Source: Macrostomum lignano
Taxonomy: Eukaryota
Direction of reading: 5' to 3'
Length of the DNA stretch: 64,000 bases
NCBI GenBank assembly: GCA_002269645.1
Contig: NIVC01000708.1
Location: 186,001-250,000, forward strand
Shown here: positions 45,770 to 60,200 of the stretch, piece by piece
Layout: every line of letters begins with the position of its first letter
How positions within the stretch are numbered: position 1 is the stretch's first letter
Made by a program: the position numbers and the translations under genes
Notes under the pieces: model-generated
Seen by the model: the letters and a program-made list of their open reading frames with translations, nothing else
Told to the model about the DNA's origin: nothing
Databases searched by the model: none

Positions 45770-46352
45770 CAGAGTAGACAGGTAGATTAGACAAGCATAA
45801 GAGACAGGGAGAGTAGACAGGCAGAGTAGACAGGCGGAACAGACATGCAGAGTAGACAGGTAGAGTAGACAGGTAGAGTAGACAAGGAGAGTAGACAAGG
45901 AGAGTAGACAAGGGAAGTAGACAGAGAGAGTAGACACATGCAGAATACACAGGCAGAATAGACAGGCAGAGTAGACAGGCAGAGTAGACAGGCAGAGTAG
46001 ACAAGGAGAGTAAACAAGGAGAGTAGACAGGAAGAGTAGACAGGGAGAGTAGACAGGCAGAGTAGACAGGCAGAATAGGCAAGGAGAGTAGACAGGCAGA
46101 GTAGACAGGCAGAGTAGACAGGCAGAGTAGACAGGCAGAGTAGACAGGCAGAATAGGCAAGGAGAGTAGACAGGCAGAGTAGACAGGCAGAGTAGACAGG
46201 CAGAGTAGACAGGCAGAGTAGACAGGCAGAGTAGACAGGCAGAGTAGACAGGCAGAATAGGCAAGGAGAGTAGACAGGCAGAGTAGACAGGCAGAGTAGA
46301 CAGGCAGAGTAGACAGGCAGAGTAGACAGGCAGAGTAGACAGGCAGAGTAGA
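45770..46352. repeat. 13-bp minisatellite (GGCAGAGTAGACA)
   Basis: Directly visible. Confidence 0.93.
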
Positions 46353-46504
46353 CATGGTGGCAGTCGCTGCATGGCCAGTTTTAATCAGATGTCGATTTGA
46401 AGGGAGCTCAGTGGGGGTTTCAGCAGCCCGAGGCCCTTCGGGCCGGAGCTGAGTAGGCAAGCGGGCAAGACTTTGGGATCTGAGAGCTCGGCAGAGTGAA
46501 AGGA

Positions 46505-46507
<3 letters not shown>

Positions 46508-46562
<55 letters not shown>
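46508..46562. repeat. (GA)n microsatellite
   Basis: Directly visible. Confidence 0.95.
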
Positions 46563-46565
<3 letters not shown>

Positions 46566-46969
46566 TGGCAAGTCTGAGTCGGTCTGACGAGATTAATAAA
46601 ATGGATTGGCGAGTTGCAAGTGATTGAGGAGGGGAGTGCGATAGGGGGGGGGGAAGGGCAAGCGAGACGGAAGAGAAGGGATAATGGAAGTGTTTAACAC
46701 TGCCTGTAAACAGGCCGGGAATCTGCGCGGACCCCATTGCTATGCAAATCAGGTGTCACGGATTCAATTACGCGTGCCTGGGCTGCTCGGCCACCAAATT
46801 GGATTTTTACACTCCACGGCACTTCCGCGTCCCCCCCCCCGCTCCGCCTCATCCGCGCCAATTCCGCCGATTGGGAAGCTGGGGGAAGAAAACAAACTTT
46901 GTATAACTGGCTGCGGGAGGGGGGATCTCGGGCTGGGGAAACGACAGAGGAATTTGCAATTGATGAATG

Positions 46970-47556
<587 letters not shown>

Positions 47557-50146
47557 GTCGGTCTATCTATTTGTCTATTGAATCGATTTCAAAATATTCC
47601 CTATCCTGTTTAGCGGGTATCAACATATCAACATGCGTCACTTAGCTGTCCAAGTTTCCACCAGAGTTGAGGTGCCATCTGTCTATATTTAACACCCCGC
47701 TGGGATGCTGATTTCGACAAAAAAGCTGTGAAAAAAAGGTGATCCCAGACCCCCTTGGCATCGGCGGGAGCTGTTGGTCCCCGAAGGAGAAGGGGTCTGA
47801 GTATCGGACAGCGTGTTTACGCAGCCTACCGGGCTCTCCAGATGGGGGCAGCAAAGTGGAAGCTGATATGAGCAAACAGATGGTATCTGAGCGGTCAGGC
47901 ACCGGGCTGCTGCCGCAAACTTTGCTTAATCGAATGCTATAAGCTGTACGAGTGTTGCTGAATGAAATAAATTTGTGTCAGGTGCTTTCGAGTCAACAAT
48001 TCTAAGAAATTTGTGAGCAGATAGGGAGCTTTGCTAAAGATATGCAGATCTGATCTGTGCACCTCAGCTAATGGATGTGAGCTCAGGTGGGGCGCGCTTT
48101 ACTCAGAATCAGCTGGCATGACGTTGAGCTTCCTGTTGAGCAGGGGTTCCGCTGGTCCCCGAGCATCCCCGAGTCAAACCAAGAAAATGGCGCTGCCCTG
48201 AGCAGTCACGCCACCGGGCGATCCGTTCTGATTTTTTTGGCTTCGATGGCAGGAAAGGCTGTGAATAATGTTCGGCAAACCTGCAGGCGGGGGTTCTGAG
48301 ATCTGGACTTGGGAACAGCTGCTCAGAGCTCTGCTGGAAGTGGAAACATGCGAACCAGGAGCTGAGGAGATGCATCATGCAGTCTCTCATTGAGTAGAGT
48401 TGGTCCTGGGGTCGTCCGTCCGTCAATCTTAGGGCATGAAGAAATCAAAATATTGAATGGAAAAGGCTGCATTACCAAATAGTTTTGAGACGTGACAGTT
48501 CCAGTTAAGCTCAATATCCATAGACAGATTGAGGTTGGCGTAAACATAAACACCCTTTTCAAAATAATTTAGCACCCTCACGGGGCTCCTCTTGCGTTGA
48601 ATTGATTCTTCAATTATCCTTCAGCTGACAAGCATTGAGTTTGAGCTCGCGATGAGCGCTTGGTTGCGTCAGCGTTCCGCTCGGAAATACGAGCTGGGAC
48701 TCCGCCGTGACAGGCGAGTCGCTTCGGGCAACCCTTCCTCTTTTAACTTTTCTTTCTTCAGCTTATTACGGACGTGCGACGGACGGATTGAAGAGACACT
48801 CCCCACTGGGGTCACCGACCCGTGAGACATTCCTGTCACGGCTGGGAGCGGCAAGGCGCTGGGGGCTGGAATCCCGGGGAATAAAATTAATCTTTGCAAA
48901 CAGAATTCCAATGGATAAACAACTGGCAGAGGGAGGCCGTTAACTCCAATCAGGCGGGCGGCTGGGCGATTCAATATTCGACGGGGCGCGCATGTGCTTT
49001 GTCCTCGGCCGGCTCAGCTGTGAGAAAAGTTTTGATTAAAAAACTCGGATTGGGAGGGGGCGGGCCCGGCAAAAAAGCAGCAGACAGGGGCAGGCTGGGA
49101 AAGGGGTGCTTTGAAGAGGTTGCAACTGTCTGCAGGCGTCCCATGGGCACCCGCCCAATTCTTAATTCGCTGGGACAAGCAATGATTTAAAAAAGAGGGA
49201 GGGAGCTTTCAATTCTGAGTCACTTCACGCGAGTAGGGAAATAAATATCCATTTAACAGGTTCGGTAGGGTCGGGGGGCGATAACGGAGCTCAAGCCCGT
49301 GATAAGGCCGCTGGGTGTCGGGCGCTGTTCTCACCCGTGAAAAACTCACCCGTTTCAATTTGCATACCAGCAGGCGGGCCTATCAATGGCGCCCATCTAT
49401 TAGGTATCAAAAATATACTTAGCTGAGAGAGAGGAGGGGTGACAAGAGTTAAGTGTGCCGCGCGCGACCCGCAGTCAGCCACCTGCTCAAAAGTTCCGAT
49501 CGGGGTGGGGACTCATGTGTGAGGATCAGAAGCGGCAAACAAAGTCTGAGGGTTCCTCTCCCTCTCTGAGAGCTCCTCTTAGGAGGAGATGTTGATAAAA
49601 GTTAAGCGATTTACTAGCTCATAGCCCAGCAGAATCCCTCTGCCCCCAGGCCCAAGGCTCAGCGATTAGGATAAATCAGGTCAGCCAAGCAGCAGACCAT
49701 TGTAAGCCGCAAACTGCAAACTGAACGAGTCACGAGGGCGGGCTGGGAGATAGCAGGCGGGGAATTTCCATTCCACTGCAACCTTATCTCGCTCCGGCCA
49801 CAACTCGAATTGACTTTCGCTTCGGTCAGCAAAGTCGGAGAGTCGCGGTTTTAGCTTCCCGAAAAAAATTATTCGAACTCATCGATAGGTCTCAAAGCAA
49901 ACTAGTTGCTCAGCGATGCGGCGGTGGCATTATCTCCTTCTCCTGTTTCTAATTTAGTGCCCCGAGACTCGAGTCCCAAGGTTCACTGGGGTGTTCAAAT
50001 GTGATACAAATTTCACTGTGTACGGGGCTCGCCCGCATTCTCTGACTCTTTGATGAAGCTTGAAAATTATTTCAATCCCAGCTAATACGAACTTCTCCAT
50101 AGAATTCTTTATGTTTTAGGCTCGAAATTGGATTTAAATTTTCCCG

Positions 50147-50928
50147 CCGAAATCATATCTCGGACACTTCATATCTCCAACAAGCTTAACCCTATCCCTA
50201 AACCTAATCCCTAAAGTGTCGGAGATATGAAGTGTCGGAGATATGAATTGTCGGAGATATGAAGTGTCGGAGATATGAAGTGTCGGAGATATGAAGTGTC
50301 AGCGGAGCTATGAAGTGTCGGAGATATGAATTGTCGGAGATGTGAAGTTTCGGAGATATGAATTGTCGGAGATATGAATTGTCGGAGATATGAATTGTCG
50401 GAGATATGAATTGTCGGAGATATGAAGTGTCGGAGGTATGAAGTGTCGGAGATATGAAGTGTCGGAGATATGAAGTGTCGGAGATGGGAAGTGTCGGAGA
50501 TATGAAGTGTCGGAGATATGAAGTGTCGGAGATGTGAAGTGTCGGAGATGTGAAGTGTCGGAGATATGAAGTGTCGGAGATGGGAAGTGTCGGAGATATG
50601 AAGTGTCGGAGATGTGAAGTGTCGGAGATATGAATTGTCGGAGATATGAAGTGTCGGAGATATGAAGTGTCGGAGATGCGAAGTGTCGGAGATATGAAGT
50701 GTCGGAGATATGTGAATCGTCGGAGATATGAAGTGTCGGAGATGGGAAGTGTCGGAGATATGAAGTGTCGGAGATGTGAAGTGTCGGAGATATGTGAATC
50801 GTCGGAGATATGAAGTGTCGGAGATGGGAAGTGTCGGAGATATGAAGTGTCGGAGATATGAAGTGTCGGAGATATGAAGTGGCGGAGATATGAAGTGTCG
50901 GAGATATGAAGTGTCGGAGATATGAATT
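50147..50928. repeat. 16-bp array (AAGTGTCGGAGATATG) preceded by two inverted units and a telomere-like CCCTAA core; possible non-autonomous element
   Basis: Inverted units at 50154-50182, core TTAACCCTATCCCTAAACCTAATCCCTAA at ~50186-50214, and the direct array at 50214-50928. Confidence 0.85.
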
Positions 50929-53199
50929 ATCTGATTATAAACTGATTGCTATGCTTTCTCGTTTTACGTAAATGATAATTTCGTAATATTACATATAAAT
51001 TAGCTTGGTTAAAGTTCGCTCACTCGATGTTATGACCTGGGTGATCTTAGAGTCGTTGTGGAGCCTAGAGATTTACTGACAGTGTATATATTACATGTAC
51101 ATCCATGTACTTGAGAATTATGAAACTCGCGCTGCCTAAATTTTCATTGCGAATAGTAAAAAGTCTGGTTTATTTCAAAGTGACATATCATCGATTCACT
51201 ATACAAATTACAATTAAATTTTCATCGCTATAATAAATTTCCGTAAAACACGCTGCGATACAGACCTACTAAACAGTAGCGAGATGCGGGATTGCAAGCT
51301 CAATTTGCTATGAAGTTCTAGAACAAAATGGCCATGCCATTCGCATGGGCAGGGCAGGGGAGGTTGAACAGAGGGGCCTTCCTTTCCTTTTGCCACCTCT
51401 AAACTGGCGACCACACGCGTGGCCTCCTTCCTACCCTCCTGTTCAACCTCTGCCCCCCTGAAAGGGAGGTGGGGTGGTGCGGCGCGATGGCAGCCATTTT
51501 ACGATCATCAACCCCACAGCACCCCTCCCACTCCGCGCAGGAGAGGTTTGAGGCTTGTAAATAGCATTCCTGCCTATATCTGCACGGCCTACCCCTCGCT
51601 TGCCCACAAACCCCCTTTCCAATGGGGAAATGTACATATCCACAAACTTGGCCGCTCCACACCCAACCGATAAGGAAATGGGGAGGGGGAGGCGTTCCGT
51701 GCTTGGTCTCACTTTGTAAAGAGCAAGGAGGGAAGAACTTATTAGTAGAGTGGGGTGAGAGAGTGGGGGGAAGAGCTACTCACTCGCTGAGTTTCTAGCA
51801 TTAACTCTCCAGCAAGCTCTCGTGTATGGCGCCCGTGTAATGTATTAGGCCATTTTCTTTCACCCAAAAATGCCTTCACGGCCCCACGGCACGACTCGTG
51901 GACAAATCAGAGCGAAGTGGGCCCTTATTCCATTGGCTGGGATGGGGGCAGGTGCTGGGACGCCTGTGCTAAGGGAGGGAGACGGAAACAGAACGAGGCA
52001 AACCTCCCCCCTCCACTAGCCATTGAACGTTTCTGGCCAGGCACAAGAAAGTCAGCACTGGTTGTACCGATCTGCAGATCTATCAACATGAAACCCCCTT
52101 CCTTTCCTGTGTCTTCCCCCCCCCCCTCCAACCCTTGAACTAAAGAGCAAAGCAGCCCCTTCTCTCTCTCTAGATTCCAAACCGTTCCCCCTTTCTCTCC
52201 AGCCCAACTGCCTGTCCCTTTCTCTCCCTAAGCGTCACCCACCTCCGCCCCAATTCGCATCTTGTGGCCTCCGTTTGCGATCTGCGTGGCCCTGGGGAAT
52301 GGGGCGGGTCCGGGAGACATACTAGCCTGACTACTTACTGGGAGACTATCGCGCTCGTGTGTCTCCGGGTTGCGGAGGAGGAGGAGTCCAGATCGAGAGG
52401 GGGGAGGTGCGCGGCTCTCCGCGGACCTCTCCTTTCCCAGCACTTCCCAAAGCCCCGACAAAGAAGACAAGTAGAAATGAGGGATAGAGACTTAAATAAC
52501 TTTAACTTGCGCGGCTCTTACCTAATGTCACAGGAATCCCTGGTTGGGATATCTTAATTCTCGTGAAAAAAAATTAAAAAAGTCTTCCGATTTTCGCGAT
52601 GATCGACTATAAAGACAGCATTCTAGGAAACTTCCAAGCAAATCTTATTTTTCTCCTCTTGGTGCGATTGGCGCTCTCTACAGAGGGTGCGACCCAATTA
52701 TAAGACACTTTAGTGTGTTCGAACTGAATGGGAAAGTTGCCAGTTAATTCTCTATCTCTAGTGCGCATTGTTCAGATGCTTTACCCAAGGCTTAAAAAAA
52801 TTGAAAACAGCGCCATGCAACAAGTTGCTCGGATTTGCCTGCCTTCTTCCCCATCCGATTTCCCTGGAATGTTGCGAATTATTCCCACTTTTCTTAGAAA
52901 GTACTACTAATGATGCATTTTGTTTGAAAGATTAAGCCAACTGTGAAATAATATCTCGTGGGTTTTCTCTCGCAAATCAGCTTCCGTGGCTGTGGCCTTC
53001 TTTCCTCGTCCTTGTTACGGCCGAAATCCAATTTAGTACATGTATTTTGCTAATATCTATCACATACCTTAGATACCTACCGACAGACCATTTTTAGTAT
53101 ACGGAAGTCGTAAGAGGTTGCTGGTGGCGCCTCTGCAACCCAGTGGCCGCCCCAAACAGAGTGGTGCCGTAAGCACCCAGACTGGCGCCTCAAATACCC

Positions 53200-53945
53200 A
53201 GATTGGCTCCCCAAAGATCCATATTGGCACCCCAAATACCCAGATTAGCGCCCCAAATACCCAGATTAGCGCCCCAAACACCAAGATTAGCGCCCCAAAC
53301 ACCCAGATTGGCTCCCCAAATACCCAGATTAGCGCCCCAAATACCCAGATTAGCGCCCCAAACACCCAGATTAGCGCCCCAAACACCCAGATTGGCTCCC
53401 CAAATACCCAGATTAGCGCCCCAAATACCCAGATTAGCGCCCCAAACACCAAGATTAGCGCCCCAAACACCCAGATTGGCTCCCCAAATACCCAGATTAG
53501 CGCCCCAAATACCCAGATTAGCGCCCCAAACACCCAGATTAGCGCCCCAAACACCCAGATTGGCTCCCCAAATACCCAGATTAGCGCCCCAAATACCCAG
53601 ATTAGCGCCCCAAATACCCAGATTAGCGCCCCAAACACCCAGATTGGCTCCCCAAACATCCATATTGGCTCCCCAAATACCCAGATTAGCGCCCCAAATA
53701 CCCAGATTAGCGCCCCAAATACCCAGATTAGCGCCCCAAACACCCAGATTAGCGCCCCAAACACCCAGATTGGCTCCCCAAATACCCAGATTAGCGCCCC
53801 AAATACCCAGATTAGCGCCCCAAACACCCAGATTAGCGCCCCAAACACCCAGATTGGCTCCCCAAATACCCAGATTAGCGCCCCAAATACCCAGATTAGC
53901 GCCCCAAATACCCAGATTAGCGCCCCAAACACCCAGATTGGCCCC
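53200..53945. repeat. 21-bp minisatellite (ATTAGCGCCCCAAATACCCAG)
   Basis: Directly visible. Confidence 0.95.
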
Positions 53946-54231
53946 CCAAGCACCCCAGTATGGCACCAAAAGCATTTTCCTCATGCCAAGGACTATCAAC
54001 AAGTCAAAAGTACACATACCAGCAACCAACGCATTTGATGAACAATCATAAATTTGAAATAAATAATGTTATTTTAAGCGCAAAAATTTTATTTACTGGA
54101 TTATTTCTGCACATAGTAGCGAAGAAATATTAAACAGCGGTTTAAGGGTAAGAAGAAAATTTTGGTGTAACTTTAATTACTTGTTTAAGTAATTTTAGAA
54201 AACAACGCCAAACCGAAGGTCTGTACTGACG

Positions 54232-57200
54232 CTAGTCTCTTGAGTGCGCCCGGAGAGGCACCCGAGCCTTTAATCTGGCCTGGGTCAGTTCGGTCAGATT
54301 GGGGCAGATTGGGGCAGATTGGGGGGGCAGATTTGGGCAGGTTGGGGCAGGTTGGGGCAGATTAGGGCAGGTTGGGGTAGGTTGGGGTAGGTTGTGGCAG
54401 ATTAGGGCAGGTTGAGGTAGGTTGGGGCAGATTAGGGCAGGTTGGGGCAGGTTGGGGCAGGTTGGGGCAGGTTGGGGTAGGTTGGGGCAGATTAGGGCAG
54501 GTTGGGGCAGGTTGGGGCAGGTTGGGGCAGGTTGGGGTAGGTTGGGGCAGATTAGGGCAGGTTGGGGCAGGTTGGGGTAGGTTGGGGCAGGTTGGGGCAG
54601 GTTGGGGTAGGTTGGGGCAGATTAGGGCAGGTTGGGGTAGGTTGAGGTAGGTTGGGGCAGATTAGGGCAGGTTGGGGTAGGTTGGGGCAGGTTGGGGTAG
54701 GTTGGGGCAGATTAGGGCAGGTTGGGGCAGGTTGGGGTAGGTTGGGGCAGGTTGGGGTAGGTTGGGGTAGGTTGGGGCAGATTAGGGTAGGTTGGGGCAG
54801 GTTGGGGTAGGTTGGGGCAGGTTGGGGCAGGTTGGGGCAGGTTGGGGTAGGTTGGGGCAGATTAGGGCAGGTTGGGGTAGGTTGGGGCAGGTTGGGGCAG
54901 ATTAGAGCAGGTTTGGGGCAGGTTGGGGCAGGTTGGGGCAGATTGGGGCAGGTTGGGGCAGATTGGGGCAGATTGGGGCAGGTTGGGGCAGATTGGGGCA
55001 GGTTGGGGCAGATTGGGGCAGGTTGGGGCAGGTTGGGGCAGATTGGGGCAGGTTGGGGCAGATTGGGGCAGGTTGGGGCAGGTTGGGGCAGATTGGGGAA
55101 TCAAACAAGTTGTGCTGAAAGACGGCCCGATCAAAAGTACAACTCGATCCGTTTGTCCCTGACGTCACATCCCGTTTACTTTGCTAAACTGGGCCAAAAG
55201 TCCTTCGAGTTTCTTCTCTGCTCGGCAATTTTTCTCCACCAGCAACTGGCGCGTCTGCTCCTGGTTGAGCAGACTCCGTTCCCACCGCTCAGCCTCCTGC
55301 ATCAAGGATTTGTTCTCCATCTCGGCTGCAGCAACGCTGTCCGATGGGGATGCGCTGGCCGCGTCTGGTAAAAAATTGCATATTTTTAATATTAAAACAC
55401 TCAGCAGCCAATCAAAAATCAGAAAAGTATTCACTAGACAATCAGAAATCAGAAAAGTATTCACCAACCAATCAGAAATCAGCAAAACATTCATCAGCCA
55501 ATCAGAAATCAGCAAAACACTACCAGCCAATCAGAAATCAGCAAAACATTCATCAGCCAATCAGAAATCAGCAAAACACTACTAGCCAATCAGAAATCAA
55601 CAAAACACTACCAGCCAATCAGAAATCAGAAAAACGCGTACCAACCAATCAGAAATCAGAAAAACACTCACCTGCCAATCAGAAACCAGCAAAACATTCA
55701 CCAACCAATCAGAAATCAGCAAAACACTCTTCAGCCAATCGGAGATTAGCAAAACACTCTTCAGCCAATCAAAGATTAGCACAATACTCTTCAGCCAATC
55801 AAAGATTAGCAAAACACCCTTCAGCCAATCGAAGATTAGCAAAACACTATTCAGCCAATTAGACACATGTGGAAAGCTCAGCAGCCAATCAGATGTTGAC
55901 AAAACACCCCTTAACCGGTCAGAAATAATTCATTAAGTTTTTAGCTAATCAGAGCAAAGCTATTTCAATACCTATTGCTGAAGCAGAGCTTTCTTCCGTC
56001 GCAGTGGCGGGTTCCGCTGCTGCAGGCGCATCAGCTGATGCTGCTGCTTTCGCCGCCGCGGCCGTTGGCAGACCGATGGCGCCTGAAGCTCGGAACTGTC
56101 GCCGACCGCTGCAGGCGGGGCAGAGACCCACCGAGGAGGAGGCGGCAGTGGCGGCGGCATTCGGCGGTTTCGGCAGGACTCGCAGGCAGGCGGCACAGCA
56201 GAATCGGCAGTCGGTGTCTGAGGCGCTGCCAGTCTTGTGAGAGGATTCGAGGGGCATGTGCAAGACATGTAGTGTGAGCTGCAAATTGCTGCAAAACTAC
56301 CATCTAAAAACAAAAACCTGACTGTTGTTTATTTATTCTTAGCCTCATCTATCGACCACAAAAGCTACCGATCTATCATCTGCCACAAAAGCTACCGATC
56401 TATCATCTACCACAAAAGCTACCGATCTATCATCTGCCACAAAAGCTACCGATCTATCATCTGCCACAAAAGCTACCGATCTATCATCTGCCACAAAAGC
56501 TACCGATCTATCATCTAACACAAAAGCTACCGACAGTCTGCCACAAAAGCTACCGACAGTCTGCCGCAAAAGCTACCCTGAGTCTGCCACCCACCTCTTG
56601 CTGCGCCTCTGAAAAATGCGTCGGGGACTTGTCGACGCCGTTAGTCGCCGAAGCGGATGTCGAGGCGGTGGAGTCGCGGCCACGAGTTCGCCGCGACGAC
56701 CTGGTGAGGATGCCCAACGCTGACGAAGTGCTGGTAGCCGCTGTGTCAGCAGCCTTCGACGAGGTGGCAGTCGTCGCAGCCGCAGTCGCAGCAGCAGCAG
56801 CAGCAGCAGAAGCCGCAGCAGCAGTTCTGAAACGTTTGCATCCGACGGTCGGAGCATTGGGATCAATTGGATGGCCCAGCAGCACGTTGAAGTCCGTGTT
56901 CACCAGCTCCTGCCGGCGCTTCCGGTGCGGCGCCTTCGACTCCACGATGTCTGGGTTGGGGAAGAGGAGCGGGTGTGTCTCGATCTTGCCTCCGGTGTGT
57001 CTCTCTTGCCTCCTGTGTGTCTCTCTTGTCTCCTGTGTGTCTCTCTTGCCTCCTGTGTGTCTCTCTTGTCTCCTGTGTGTCTCTCTTGCCTCCTGTGTGT
57101 CTCTCTTGCCTCCTGTGTGTCTCTCTTGCCTCCTGTGTGTCTCTCTTGTCTCCTGTGTGTCTCTCTTGTCTCCTGTGTGTCTCTCTTGCCTCCTGTGTGT

Positions 57201-60200
57201 CTCTCTTGTCTCCTGTGTGTCTCTCTTGCCTCCTGTGTGTCTCTCTTGCCTCCTGTGTGTCTCTCTTGCCTCCTGTGTGTCTCTCTTATCTCCTGTGTGT
57301 CTCTCTTGTCTTCTGTGTGTCTCTCTTGTCTCCTGTGTGTCTCTCTTGTCTTCTGTGTGTCTCTCTTGCCTCCTGTGTGTCTCTCTTGCCTCCTGTGTGT
57401 CTCTCTTGTCTCCTGTGTGTCTCTCTTGCCTCCTGTGTGTCTCTCTTGTCTCCTGTGTGTCTCTCTTGCCTCCTGTGTGTCTCTCTTGTCTCCTGTGTGT
57501 CTCTCTTGCCTCCTGTGTGTCTCTCTTGTCTCCTGTGTGTCTCTCTTGTCTCCTGTGTGTCTCTCTTGTCTCCTGTGTGTCTCTCTTGTCTCCTGTGTGT
57601 CTCTCTTGTTGTCTCCTGATTCTCTCTTATCAATTATCACTTTATCGCTTCACTGAGCCGCTAAAAGTCTTTCTGATCCACGCAGAGACCACTTGGAACC
57701 GAAAACTAATGTTGCCAAAATTGATAGAAAATACGCAAAACAAAAAAACTCACCATTGCTAAGCTTCGGGGTGACCAAATCAAATAGTGCCAAGAAGTTC
57801 ATCTTCTGCAATGTTTGAGCCATTGATTTGGGATTTTTTGTGCCAGCTTTAGACAGTTTAAAGGTATCAGGGATTTTTTGGTGCTACCGGAACAAAATTT
57901 AGGGTTGGAAATATGAGCATGATAGTTTTGTGCGAGAAAATCTAATAGTTGTGTGGGGGAGAGATTCTGGTTTCGCCGAAGATGAACTGGTAGTTTTAGG
58001 GTAGACAATCGGGTAGTTTTGGAGCAGAAAATCGGGTAGTTTTAGGGTAGAAAATCGGGTAGTTTTGGAGTAGAAAATCGAGTAGTTTTGGAGTAGAAAA
58101 TCCGGTAGATTTAGAAAAGAAAATCGGGTAGTTTTGGAGTAGAAAATCTGGTAGTTTTGAAGTAGAAAGTCCGGTAGTTTTGGAGTAGAAAATCCTGTAG
58201 TTTTGGAGTAGAAAATCCAGTAGTTTTGGAGTAGAAAATCCTGTAGTTTTGGAGTAGAAAATCCGGTAGTTTTGGAGTAGAAAATCCTGTAGTTTTGGAG
58301 TAGAAAATCCGGTAGTTTTGGAGTAGAAAATCCAGTAGTTTTAGAGTAGAAAATCCGGTAGTTTTAGAAAAGAAAATCGGGTAGTTTTGGAGTAGAAAAT
58401 CGGGTAGTTTTGAAGTAGAAAATTCGGTAGTTTTGGAGTAGAAAATCGGGTAGTTTTGGAGTAGAAAATCCGGTAGTTTTGGAGTAGAAAATCGGGTAGT
58501 TTTGAAGTAGAAAATCCGGTAGATTTAGAAAAGAAAATCGGGTAGTTTTGGAGTAGAAAATCCGGTAGTTTTGGAGTAGAAAATCCGGTAGTTTTAGAGA
58601 AGAAAATAGGGTAGTTTTAGAGAAGAAAATCGGGTAGTTTTGGAGTAGAAAATCGGGTAGCTGAGCAAGTTCAGTGCAGACTCACCCTTTTCTTCTCCGG
58701 GCTGAGGCTCCCAACGCTGTTGCCAAGTCGTTCAAGAGTTGACGGGCAGAAGTGATGACGCACCCCGTCGTCCAACACTTCGTCAAGCGACTTTGCCTGG
58801 TCCTGCTCGAATGAGGGAGTTAATTTCGGTTTGAAAAGCTGTTTCAATGTTCTGATTTTTGTCTTTGCAGAATGTGCGCAGTGCTGCTACCTTGATGACG
58901 CGATGCCCGTGGGTCGCTTTTAAGGCTGCGCGTTTCCGTTCACATTCCTTCTTGTACTGCTCCAGCAGCGGCTTCTGCGGAATGGTCATCAGCTTTGTTT
59001 ACAGGTGAAGCGTGCGATCGAGTAAGGTGAAGAGTAGAAAGAAGAGTAGAGTGGAGAGTAGAGTGAAGAGTAGAGTGGAGAGTAGAGTGGAGAGTAGAGT
59101 GGAGAGTAGAGTGAAGAGTAGAGTGGAGAATAGAGTTAAGAGTAGAGTGGAGAGTAGAGTTAAGAGTAGAGTGGAGAGTAGAGTGGAGAGTAGAGTGAAG
59201 AGTAGAGTGGAGAGTAGAGTGGAGAGTAGAGTGGAGAGTAGAGTGGAGAGTAGAGTGGAGAGTAGAGTGGAGAGTAGAGTTAAGAGTAGAGTGGAGAGTA
59301 GAGTGAAGAGTAGAGTGAAGACTAGAGTGGAGACTAGAGTGAAGGGTAGAGTGGAGTGAAGAGTAGAGCGGAGAGTAGAGTGGAGAGTAGAGTAGAGTGG
59401 AGAGTAGAGTGAAGAGAAGAGTGAAGAGTAGAGGAAAAGGTGGAGAGTAGAATGAAGAGTGTTGTGCAGTGACTCAACATTTAGGGTGAGGAGTAGAGTG
59501 AAGATAGAGGTGTAGATGGAGAGTAGGGTAAAGAGTAGAGTGATGAGTAGAGTAGAGAGTAGGGTGAAGAATAGACTGGGAAGTGAGGTGAAGGGCAGGA
59601 TGAAGGTAGGAGTGAAGATGGGGAGTAGCTTAAGAGGATTGGAGATGATGAAAAAGTAGAGTGAAGAGTAGGGTGACAAGTAGAGTAGAACGGAGAAAGT
59701 AAGCTGGAATAGATTGGAGTAGAGTATCAGTATACTATACTCGTAGAAGTAGATGGAATAGATTGCAATGCAGTTATCTGCGGCAGTAGAAATAGTCGTG
59801 ATTGGCAAATTGAGGACAGCCACGTGTCAGCCAGACAGCCAGCCAAGCGAGGCCTCACCTGAGCCTGGTAGATGCGCACAATCAGCTTCTCGGCAGACTG
59901 CACTTTGGCCTGCAGACTCTGGTCGTGCGGACTGAGGCTGGTGCGGCCCACCAGGTTCTGCATGACATTGGTTTGGGGTCCGCTTAGTTGCTCAGTTTAT
60001 TTAAGGATTTTATACTGGATTAGGTGAGGAGGTTGGGGCGCCATTTTGGAATCTCAGGTGAGGAGGTTGGGGCGCCATTTTGGAATCTCAGGTGAGGAGA
60101 TTGGGGCGCCATTTTGGAATCTCAGGTGTGGAGAATGGAGATTGGGGCGCCATTTTGGAATCTCAGGTGTGGAGAATGGAGAATGGGCGCCATTTGGAAT

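Noticed and set aside
50183-50214. Interstitial telomere or chromosome fusion site
   Set aside because: Only about 5 degenerate CCCTAA-like units, embedded in an inverted-repeat structure.
47600-53000. Short ORFs (60-100 aa) between irx and the PHF21-like gene as a further gene
   Set aside because: No domain motifs, and no phase-consistent exon chain could be built.
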